Positions 30,183 to 39,100 of a stretch of 64,000 nt of DNA are shown in pieces (the stretch's first letter is position 1; each line of letters opens with the position of its first letter). Under the pieces are notes generated by a model, which was not told the DNA's origin, made no database searches, and worked only from the letters and a program-made list of their open reading frames with translations. Source of the DNA: Pseudomonadota bacterium (GTDB lineage: Bacteria; Myxococcota; JACRCW01; JAFGSX01). The position numbers and the translations under genes are program-made. The stretch lies in contig JBDRCO010000068.1 in NCBI GenBank assembly GCA_043821645.1, positions 1 to 64,000 on the forward strand, written 5' to 3'.

Positions 30183-30572
30183 ATGGCGGGGAAAGATCGA
30201 CGCCCGCAGGATGCGTGGTCCGACGACACGACCTCCGAGGCCAAGCTCGACCTCGTGCTCCCGTCGCGCGCCGAGCGCAGGCCTGTGCTCCGCCAGATCA
30301 ACGGTCCAGGGGCGCCCCGGGATCATCGCATCCAGGAAGACAGAGTCGTGGTGGGCCGCAGCCGGGGCGCCGAGCTGGTCATCGACTCCCCGGAGCTGTC
30401 GCGTCAGCACATCCGCATCGAGCGCAACGGTGAGGAGTACCGCTGCACGGACCTCGACAGCTGCAACGGACTCTACCTCAACGGCATCAAGGTGCATTCC
30501 TGCACGCTGAGAGTGGGCGACACCGTGCAGATTGGCAACGTGACCTTCGTCTACGAAGAGGTCGAGTCGTGA
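30183..30572 (+). CDS. FHA domain protein
   Basis: VVGR, LSRQH, DLDSCNG, LRVGDTVQIG. Confidence 0.9.
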   Translation: MAGKDRRPQDAWSDDTTSEAKLDLVLPSRAERRPVLRQINGPGAPRDHRIQEDRVVVGRSRGAELVIDSPELSRQHIRIERNGEEYRCTDLDSCNGLYLNGIKVHSCTLRVGDTVQIGNVTFVYEEVES

Positions 30573-31510
30573 AGGGCTTCTTCGTCAAGTTCTGGGGTAC
30601 GCGTGGTTCCATCCCCACACCGGGCTGGCAGACGCGCAAGTTTGGCGGCAACACCCCGTGCATCGAGGTTCGTGTCGACGACGCGGTCTACATCTGTGAC
30701 GGCGGCAGTGGGCTGCGTGAGCTGGGTGTGGAGCTGGTCCAGCGCAGCAACTCACCCATCGTGGCGCACCTGTTCTTCAGTCACTCGCATTGGGATCATA
30801 TCCAGGGTTTTCCCTTCTTCATCCCGGTGTACCGACCGGACAGCAGCCTGTTCGTGTACGGCACCGTCGAGGGGGACACCCGCATCTATCAGCTGCTGTC
30901 CGGGCAGATGCACTCGGACTACTTTCCGGTCGAGTTCAAGGACCTGGGCGCCAAGATCGTCCCCGAGTTCCTGAGCGAGCAGGGCCGCGTCATCGACGGC
31001 GTCAAGGTGAGCTGGTTTGGCCAGGTGCACCCGGGCTCCAGTCTCGCCTACCGTTTCGAGCACGACGGCTGTCGCGTGGTCTATGCGACGGACAACGAGA
31101 TCGACATGACCATCGAGAACCAGCAGGAAAGTGAGGCCGACCCGAGCGTGCCGCGCCGGGTCTCCGCCGGGTACCTCGACTTCATCCGCCACGCCGACCT
31201 GCTCATCGCGGATGGCCAGTACAGTGACGAGGAGTACCGGACCAAGCGTGGCTGGGGCCATCCCCGGGCCACCACCGTGGTCGATGCGGCGATACAGGCC
31301 GGGGTCAAGCGCCTGGCCGTGTTCCACCACGATCCCATGATGGGCGACAAGTCGGTGGACGAGCTGATCGAGGTGTGCTGCAAGCGCGCCGAGGCCCAGC
31401 GCTCGGACATCGTCATCTTCGGAGCCCGCGAGCAGGTCGAGATGCGCCTCGACGAACCCGCGCGGACGCATACGCCCGAGACCACACGCATCCCCAACTT
31501 CAAGGGCTGA
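30569..31510 (+). CDS. MBL-fold metallo-hydrolase
   Basis: FWGTRGSIPTPG, GGNTPC, SHSHWDHIQG, WGH, FHHDP; GTGA overlap with the FHA gene. Confidence 0.92.
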   Translation: MKGFFVKFWGTRGSIPTPGWQTRKFGGNTPCIEVRVDDAVYICDGGSGLRELGVELVQRSNSPIVAHLFFSHSHWDHIQGFPFFIPVYRPDSSLFVYGTVEGDTRIYQLLSGQMHSDYFPVEFKDLGAKIVPEFLSEQGRVIDGVKVSWFGQVHPGSSLAYRFEHDGCRVVYATDNEIDMTIENQQESEADPSVPRRVSAGYLDFIRHADLLIADGQYSDEEYRTKRGWGHPRATTVVDAAIQAGVKRLAVFHHDPMMGDKSVDELIEVCCKRAEAQRSDIVIFGAREQVEMRLDEPARTHTPETTRIPNFKG

Positions 31511-31544
31511 CACCCGCCGGCCTGTGTTCGCGGCCACTGCAGCG

Positions 31545-33296
31545 TTACCAGCCAAGCCGTCCAAGATCCTGCATGTCGTGGATGGTGCGCTTGCTCGGCA
31601 GCGCTGCCCCAGTCGAGGGATCGGTTGCGATCTGGGCTGCGCGGGGGTCGAGGTACAGGTCCTCGAAGGGGAAGCCGTAGCTCGTGTCGCCATCCAGTTC
31701 GGGGTCGTTGATGAGTCCATGGTTCTCGCCGCGGCTGGTGCGTGCACAGTCGACCCGCTGCAGGCTCCAGTCGATGCCCCAGAACAGGAGCTCGACCTTG
31801 CGGATCGTCACCTGGTCCCGGCTGGCCTGAACCTCGGCCCAGCTGAAGCGTCGGCCCTGGAGGTAGTGCTCGACAAAGGCACGCATCACAGGGTGCAGGC
31901 GACCCTCGGCATAGTGGCGAAAAAGGTTGAGGGGAATCTCGATCGTGCCCTGGCGTGGCCGGGGGCTCGACAGCAGACCTCGACCGGGCTGCTCCAGGAC
32001 CTCGCTGGTGCGCAGGGTCTCGGTCGTGTGCAGCACCAGGTCGTAGTAGCGGTCGGGGGCCACGTGCACCCGGAGCAGGGCGGGCGAGCAATAGGGATGC
32101 AGGTCGATCAACTCCAGCGCCCAGTCCTCGTCGACGATGGTGTTCTGGATGCGCCCGGGCAGCAGGGACCGCGCGTCCAGATTGTGGGCAAAGCACGCGT
32201 CCTCGACCACGCCCAGGGTGCGCTCGGTACTGTCCTGGGCCAGGTTGTCGAGTTCTGTCCCACCGATCTCGTGGTCGGTGCGGACAAAGCGCCAGGGCGT
32301 GGTGGCGTCGGGATCCTCGACCACGTCGTGCATGTCCTTCTCGTAGTAGCCGCGATGTCCGTCGGCATCCCAGCCCTCGACGCGCATGGCGGCGTGAAGG
32401 CTGCCCGTGCCCAGCTTGTGCAGGCTGATGCGGTCGGTGATGCGGCCCGGGACCTTGGGTTGCTGGAACCAGGGCCAGGAGGGGAGCTGGAACCGGCGCA
32501 GCGTGTCGTCGAGGAGACCGCTCTGATCGCCGTAGGTGTAGTCGAAATAGTCCTCGAAGGGATTGTTGGCGCCGGAGACATCGTAGTCGAAGACCCGGGT
32601 GTAGATATCACCGCGGTGATTGATGAGCATGTGCCGGGACCCGCTGGATGCCAGGTTGACCGCCACGAAACGGCCGCGGCGGGGGCCGCACATCTCGTAG
32701 TTCCAGTCCGCGGGGAGCCAGCCGTCATTGAAGCCTATCCACTGTCCACCCGCCTTGAGCAGGAACACGTGGGTGCAGCTGGCCCATCCCACCTTGCGCA
32801 GCCAGCCCGAGGCATCCGTGTAGTGCTGATCCAGCTCGGCACTGGTCGAGGACAGCGCCCAGCGAATGTGTCCAGACTCCAGGATGTTGGGGGAACCAAT
32901 GGACATCGGAAAGCCGCGACGCGGGCTCCAGGAGAAATGCTCGAGGGTGTCGAGAGCGTAGTAGTTCATCCACAGCTCGCCGCGAGCGTCGGCCGCGTGC
33001 ATGAAGCGGTCGTCGATGTCGAGCCCGCTGACCTGGTCGGCGAGCTCCGGGGGCAGCCAGAGTTTCTGCCAGGCTTGGGGATCGCGCGAGAAGTCGGTGA
33101 TGGGCTTGATGTAAATGCCGCCCTTGCACAGCCAGATCTGGTAGCGCTGATTGAAACTCGCCAGGTTGTCGCGCAGGTGGATACGGGCTGGAGCGTGCAG
33201 CAGGCATTCCGGATCTGGAGGAACTGTGGCGCTGGCGCAGCCCAGGAACAGGCCTGCCAGACAACACGCCCCCTTCACTCCCCTCGTCGTCGACAT
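31545..33296 (-). CDS. Hypothetical lipoprotein, Trp/Tyr-rich, possibly beta-propeller
   Basis: GGAG RBS; lipobox FLGC; long ORF with coding-like composition. Confidence 0.7.
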   Translation of the reverse strand: MSTTRGVKGACCLAGLFLGCASATVPPDPECLLHAPARIHLRDNLASFNQRYQIWLCKGGIYIKPITDFSRDPQAWQKLWLPPELADQVSGLDIDDRFMHAADARGELWMNYYALDTLEHFSWSPRRGFPMSIGSPNILESGHIRWALSSTSAELDQHYTDASGWLRKVGWASCTHVFLLKAGGQWIGFNDGWLPADWNYEMCGPRRGRFVAVNLASSGSRHMLINHRGDIYTRVFDYDVSGANNPFEDYFDYTYGDQSGLLDDTLRRFQLPSWPWFQQPKVPGRITDRISLHKLGTGSLHAAMRVEGWDADGHRGYYEKDMHDVVEDPDATTPWRFVRTDHEIGGTELDNLAQDSTERTLGVVEDACFAHNLDARSLLPGRIQNTIVDEDWALELIDLHPYCSPALLRVHVAPDRYYDLVLHTTETLRTSEVLEQPGRGLLSSPRPRQGTIEIPLNLFRHYAEGRLHPVMRAFVEHYLQGRRFSWAEVQASRDQVTIRKVELLFWGIDWSLQRVDCARTSRGENHGLINDPELDGDTSYGFPFEDLYLDPRAAQIATDPSTGAALPSKRTIHDMQDLGRLGW

Positions 33297-33504
33297 ATCG
33301 CTGCTCCCAAGATGTTGCCTCGAGGGTGCAACACCAGCGCTGCCTGCTGTTGTCCACTCTGTCAGCGCCGTCACACTTTCGAAGCTGCGGGATGTGTGAA
33401 AGGTGAAGGTGAAGCCCCGGCGGCTCGCCTGACACCATGTGGCGCGGCCATGCGGAGGCGGACGCCCGGGCTCCATCGCCACCGTGTCGCCACCACGGCG
33501 CTAG

Positions 33505-33565
33505 AAAAAAAACGAAGGGCGTGGAACATCCGGTGGGGGGAGCACCGGGATGAACCACGCCCTTC
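33505..33565 (-). terminator. Intrinsic terminator (3' hairpin of the candidate sRNA)
   Basis: 11-bp perfect basal stem GAAGGGCGTGG/CCACGCCCTTC followed by G and U8. Confidence 0.8.
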
Positions 33566-33637
33566 AAAGGGAAGAAAAAGCAGGGCCTGGATCGTCGGAC
33601 CGGGGGGGGAATCCTAGGAACCGTCACCCTGCTGAGT
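33505..33637 (-). ncRNA. Candidate sigma54-dependent small RNA with two C-rich-loop hairpins (Pxr-like architecture)
   Basis: Stem AGCAGGG...CCCUGCU enclosing a C8 loop; stem GAAGGGCGUGG..CAUCC.CGGUG-CUCCCCC-CACCG.GAUG..CCACGCCCUUC followed by GUUUUUUUU; upstream sigma54 box. Confidence 0.65.
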
Positions 33638-33646
33638 TCTTGTATT

Positions 33647-33663
33647 AGCGAGTACCGTGCCAG
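33647..33663 (-). promoter_or_regulatory. Sigma54 (-24/-12) promoter
   Basis: CTGGCACGGTACTCGCT with exact GG-N10-GC spacing. Confidence 0.75.
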
Positions 33664-33965
33664 CGTGCGGAGGCCACTCCCTGGTCCGGGTTCATTGGTT
33701 TTTTTTGCTTGGTCCGTGGAGAGCCGAAAGCGGCAAGCGGCAAGCGCTCTACAAGAACCGACGACGCGAAAAATACGTTAATTATAATAATATGTTAGAT
33801 GATGGCGAAAGAACCACATCGAGTACCATCAATAGCCGCACACGGAGGGTGGCTCTATCTATCGCGTCCTGGGCGCTGGGAGTTGGCGTCGGCGGCCTGC
33901 ACTCGCTATGAATGCACCACAGCACGTTGACTGGGCACACATGAACCCGGGGGCGAGCGAGGCCC

Positions 33966-35753
33966 ATGACGGTCGAGATTGCGGCGATCACTGGCATCCT
34001 TTTGGCCACCGTGGTGCTGCTCGCCAGCGAGCGGATCCCCGTGGACGTCACCGCTCTCGGCATCATGGTTGTGCTCATGGCAAGCGGGCTGCTCTCTCCA
34101 GGTGAGGCGCTCGCAGGGCTTGCCAACCCCGCGCCGGTGACCGTTGCCGCGCTGTTCGTGGTGAGCCGGGGGCTGGTCGAGACCGGTGCCCTGCAGGTCC
34201 TGAGCGACAGGCTGGTGATCTGGAGTGGCGGGCGCCAGGGGCGATTGCTGGTTCTGGTCCTGGTCACCACAGGCACGTTGTCGGCCTTCGTCAACAACAC
34301 TCCGGTGGTGGTGCTGCTGATCCCCTTGCTGCTCACGGTGAGCCACCGCAACGGGCTCAGTCCGTCGAAGCTGCTCATGCCCGCCTCGTTCATGTCCATC
34401 CTGGCTGGCACCACGACCCTCATCGGTACCTCGACCAACATCGTGGTCAGCGACACGGCCATGCAACTCGGCATCGCCCCGCTGGGGATGTTCGAGCTGA
34501 CGGCGCTGGGCCTGCCCCTCGCTGTCGTGGGAGGGCTCTACCTGTATCTGGCGTCACCAAGGCTGCTGCCCGCCCACCGGGAACCCGTGGTGGACCTCGA
34601 TGACCCCGAGCGGCAGCGCTATATCTCCGAGCTGAAGATCCCGCGAGACAGCCCCCTCATCGGTGCCAGCCCCATCGACGCCCTGTGTCAGCGCTGTCCT
34701 GACATGACGGTCTACGAGGTCCTGCGCGACACGCAGGTCATCGAACCTGCCCGGGAAGGTGTGCGCTTGCAGGCGGGTGACGTGGTCCTGGTCACGGCCT
34801 CCGCTGGCGATCTGGTGCAGATCCTCGACGGCAGACTGGCCGCCCTGCCCAAGGGCGAGAACGGAACCTTCGCTGCTCCCTTTGAAGAAAGTGCGGGCAT
34901 CGTCGAGCTCATCGTGCCGCCGAACTCGGATCTGGTGGGGCGGCGCCTTGCCAACGTGGCGCTGGGAGTGGACAGCCATGTGCACGTGATCGGCGTCAAG
35001 CGGCGTCGCACGCACTATGCGGAGCAGCGAGCCAGCGACTTGCGGCTGTCGGTCGGTGACATCCTGCTGGTTCAGGCCCCGCTCGATCACATCGATCAGA
35101 TCCGCAAGGGGGCGGACGTGATCGTGGTCGAGGATGTCCGTCAGAAGATCCACAATCGCCGCAAGGCGCCGCTGGCACTGAGTCTGTTCGGGCTGATGAT
35201 CGCGGCAGCCAGCCTGGGTCTGGTCGACATCCTGGTGGCTTCGCTAGCCGCGGCCCTGCTCATGCTGCTCACGGGCTGCCTCAGCCGCCGCGCGGCCTAC
35301 CAGTCTGTGGATACCCGGACCTTGCTGCTCATCGTGGGCACTCTCGCCCTGGGCCTTGCGCTCTCCCGCACCGGCGCTGCCGCCTTCTACGCGGATCTCC
35401 TGCTCACCTTCACCCGCGACCTCGGGCCGAGGGCGGTGCTGGGTTCGGTCGTCGTTGGCACCAGTGTGCTCAGCCTCTTCCTGAGCAACACCGCGACGGC
35501 CGTGCTCATCGTCCCGGTGGCCGTGGCCCTGGCGCAGGGCATGAACCTGGACCCGCGACCTTTCGTGGTGGCCGTGGTGTTTGGCGCATCGGCATGTTTC
35601 GCCTCGCCCCTGGGCTATCAGACCAACCTGCTGGTGTACGGTCCCGGGGGCTACAGCTTCCGCGACTACGTGCGCCTGGGTGTACCGCTGCATGGCATGG
35701 TCTGGGTGGTCGCCACGGTGGCCATCCCCTGGCTGTGGCCGTTCTCGGGTTGA
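33966..35753 (+). CDS. SLC13/CitMHS-type permease with two TrkA-C domains
   Basis: SAFVNNTPVV, SPSKLLMP, TLIGTSTN, LSNTATA, PLGYQTNLLVYGPGGY. Confidence 0.93.
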   Translation: MTVEIAAITGILLATVVLLASERIPVDVTALGIMVVLMASGLLSPGEALAGLANPAPVTVAALFVVSRGLVETGALQVLSDRLVIWSGGRQGRLLVLVLVTTGTLSAFVNNTPVVVLLIPLLLTVSHRNGLSPSKLLMPASFMSILAGTTTLIGTSTNIVVSDTAMQLGIAPLGMFELTALGLPLAVVGGLYLYLASPRLLPAHREPVVDLDDPERQRYISELKIPRDSPLIGASPIDALCQRCPDMTVYEVLRDTQVIEPAREGVRLQAGDVVLVTASAGDLVQILDGRLAALPKGENGTFAAPFEESAGIVELIVPPNSDLVGRRLANVALGVDSHVHVIGVKRRRTHYAEQRASDLRLSVGDILLVQAPLDHIDQIRKGADVIVVEDVRQKIHNRRKAPLALSLFGLMIAAASLGLVDILVASLAAALLMLLTGCLSRRAAYQSVDTRTLLLIVGTLALGLALSRTGAAAFYADLLLTFTRDLGPRAVLGSVVVGTSVLSLFLSNTATAVLIVPVAVALAQGMNLDPRPFVVAVVFGASACFASPLGYQTNLLVYGPGGYSFRDYVRLGVPLHGMVWVVATVAIPWLWPFSG

Positions 35754-35791
35754 AGCCCCCAGGGGACAGAAACCGAACGGAGAAGACGCTC

Positions 35792-36115
35792 GTGACGACG
35801 ACAAAGCCCCCGGAGCCTGCGGAGCGTTCCCGGACCTTGCGTCAGAGCATCCTCGATGAACTGCTCCGCGGACCGGTGACGGCACGGGAGCTGTCCTCGC
35901 TGGTCGGGCTGCGCGAGCGGGACATCATCCCGCACCTCGAGCACCTGGAGCGTTCCCTGCGGCGAGGTCCGCGCCAGCTCGTGATCGAGCCTGCCGAGTG
36001 CAAGGCCTGTGGCTATCTCTTCGAGGACAGGCGGCGCCTGGGCAAGCCCAGTGCCTGCCCACGCTGTCGCGAGCAGCGCATCGATCCCGCCAGCTTTCAC
36101 GTCGTGGGACCGTGA
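35792..36115 (+). CDS. HTH + Zn-ribbon transcriptional regulator (COG3357-like)
   Basis: TARELSSLVG...HLEHL; PAECKACGYLF...PSACPRC; GGAG before GTG. Confidence 0.82.
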   Translation: MTTTKPPEPAERSRTLRQSILDELLRGPVTARELSSLVGLRERDIIPHLEHLERSLRRGPRQLVIEPAECKACGYLFEDRRRLGKPSACPRCREQRIDPASFHVVGP

Positions 36116-39100
36116 TCAGGTGCGGCGCGGTCGGCGGCGAAGGGCATACAGCATGCCGAGTGCCAGCAGCAGGGCAGAGCTGGCACGAACACCGGAGGAC
36201 CCACAGGAACACCCTCCACCCGTGATGGTCACGTCCGAGTACGGCTCATCGTCACAGGCATCACCCATACCGTCACCGTCGCTGTCCAGTTGATCCCGGT
36301 TGGCGACCCCCGGGCAGTTGTCGAGGCTGCTGTACACACCGTCTCCATCGGGGTCCACCACGGCTAGCTCGACGCAGTCCGAGGGCTCGTCCGTGCAGAC
36401 GAATCCTGGCTCGATCTGGCAGGTGGCATCGCAGCCGTCGCCGGCCGAACGATCGCCATCGTCGCACTGCTCCCCGGCATCGATGGCCAGGTTGCCGCAC
36501 AGGGGCGTGCAGACCGAAGGCTCGCCCGCACAGGAATAGCTCGTCTCGACCTGGCAGGTGGCATTGCAGCCGTCACCGACGACCAGGTTGCCGTCATCGC
36601 AAGTCTCACCCGCGTCGAGGCTGCCGTCACCGCAGGTGAGAGCACAGACCGAGGGTTCACCCGAACAAGCGTAGCCGCTCTCGACCTGGCAGGTGGCATT
36701 GCAGCCGTCACCGACGACCAGGTTGCCGTCGTCGCAAGTCTCACCCGCGTCGAGGCTGCCGTCGCTGCAGGTCAGGGCGCACACCGAGGGCTCGCCGATG
36801 CAGGCGTAGCCCGGCTCCACCTGGCACAGGTTGTTGCAGCCGTCGCCGACAATGAGGCCGCCATCATCGCAGGCCTCGCCCGCATCGAGCGCTGCATTGC
36901 CACACAGCAGGCTGCAGGTCGAGGGCGTGCCGCTGCACACCCAGCCCGGCTCCACCTCGCAGCGATCGCTGCACCCGTCGCCGTCCCGGGCATTGCCATC
37001 GTCGCAGGCTTCGCCATCCACCACGTCGCTGTCGCCGCACACCGGGGCGCAGGTCGACGGCGTCCCGGCGCAGACGAAGCCGGGCTCGATCTGGCAGATC
37101 ACCGAGCATCCATCGTCGGCGGTCTGGTTTCCGTCGTCGCAGGCCTCACCAGCGTCCAGAGTGCCATCGCCGCAGGTCGTGGCGCAGGTGCTGGGCTGGC
37201 CCGTGCAGACCGAGCCAGGCTCGACCTGGCACAAGTCGCTGCAGCCGTCCCCGGCGACAGTGCCACCGTCGTCACAGCCTTCACTGGCCGTGATCACGCC
37301 ATCGCCACACTGCTGGGTGCAGGCGCTGGGCGAACCGGCGCAGTTCCACCCCGGTTCCACCTGGCAGGTGCTACTGCAGCCGTCTCCGGCCCGGGTGTCC
37401 CCGTCGTCACAGACCTCGCCAGCGTCGATCGCGCCGTTGCCGCAGCTCGGCGCGCAGGCGCTCGGTGAGCCGCTGCAGGCCCAGCCCGGCTCGACCTGAC
37501 AGGTGGCATCACAGCCGTCCCCGGTTGCCAGGCCGGCGTCGTCACAGGCCTCGCCAGCGTCGAGCGCGCCATTGCCGCAGCTGGCCACGCACAGCGAGGG
37601 CTCACCGCTGCACTGGTATCCAGGTTCGACCGCGCAGGCGGCGTTGCAGCCGTCGTTGCCCGCGAGGTTGCCATCGTCGCAGCCCTCGCCAGCCTGCAAC
37701 AGGCCATCCCCGCACGAGCGCAGACAGGTGCTGGGAGTCCCCGAGCAGGTCCAGCCTGGCTCGACCTGGCAGGTCTCCGAGCAGCCGTCTCCCGAGGTGC
37801 TGCCGCCGTCGTCGCAGGCCTCGCCACTGTCCAGGGTGCTGTCGCCGCAGGTCTGGGAGCAGACGCTGGGTGCGCCCAGGCACACATATCCAGGTTCGAC
37901 CTGGCACAGGTCATCGCAGCCGTCGCCCGCATCGAGGTCGCCGTCATCGCAGGCCTCGCCCAGGTTCAGGACACCATTGCCGCAGGCCGGTTCGCACAGG
38001 CTCGGGGAACCGTGGCAGGAGTAGCCGGTCTCGACCTGGCAGGATGCGTCGCAGCCGTCGCCGGTCAGGGTGTTGGCATCGTCACAGGTCTCGGCCCCCG
38101 TCCTCAGGCCATCGCCGCAGCTGGCGGCGGTGCATACGGAGGGCGTACCTGTGCATTGCCATCCTGGGTCCACCTGGCAGGCACTACAGCCATCGTCCGG
38201 CAGTCCGTTGCCATCGTCACAGGCCTCGACACCGGCCACGATGCTGTCGCCGCAGCTGGTGCCACAGCGCGAGGGCTCGGCCGAGCAAACCCAGCCGGAC
38301 TCGACCTGACACAGGGCGGAGCAACCGTCTCCGTCCGCGACTGCGCCGTCGTCGCAGCCCTCGCTGGAGGCCACCAGACCATCACCACAGCTTGAGCTGC
38401 AGGCCGAGGGCGTTCCCGTACAGACGAAGCCGTGCTCCACCAGGCAGGCCGCGTCGCAGCCGTCACCTGCCGCCGAGTTGCCATCGTCACAGGCCTCGCT
38501 CATGGTCAGGATCGCGTCGCCGCAGACCGGGACGCAGGTCGACGGGGCGCCCACGCAGAAATAGCCAGGTTCCCGCTGGCAGACAGCGCTGCAGCCGTCA
38601 CTGCTCGCCGCGTTGCCGTCGTCGCATTGCTCGCCGGCATCGAGAGCCCCGTTGCCGCAGGTGGCCACGCACACGCTGGGCGACACGCTGTTGTCACACA
38701 CGTAGCCCGGCATGACCTGGCACAGGTCGCTGCAGCCGTCGCTGACCCCTGTCACGCCGTCGTCGCAGGCCTCGTCAAAACCGACCACGCCGTCCCCGCA
38801 GGTCGTAACGCAGAAGCTGGGCTCCCCGCTGCACGACGCACCGGTTTCCTCCTGGCAGGTCGGTGAGCAGCCATCGCCGGCCTGCAGGTTCTGATCGTCA
38901 CAAGCCTCACCCGCGTCGAGCTGGCCATTGCCGCAGCTCGCGGTACAGGTACTGGGCAGGGAAGAGCTGTCGCACACGTAGCCAGGCTCGACCTGGCAGC
39001 TCGCATCGCAACCGTCCCCTGGGGCAAAGTTCCCGTCGTCACAGCCTTCTCCCGCATCGAGGCTGCTGTTGCCGCAGGTCTGGGCGCACAGCGAGGGCTG

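Noticed and set aside
31524-33617. 697-aa plus-strand ORF
   Set aside because: Antisense shadow of the minus-strand lipoprotein, which has an RBS and lipobox.
33773-33800. dif-like site ending ATATGTTAGAT
   Set aside because: Only the XerD-like arm resembles dif; the left arm does not, and a promoter or IHF role is simpler.
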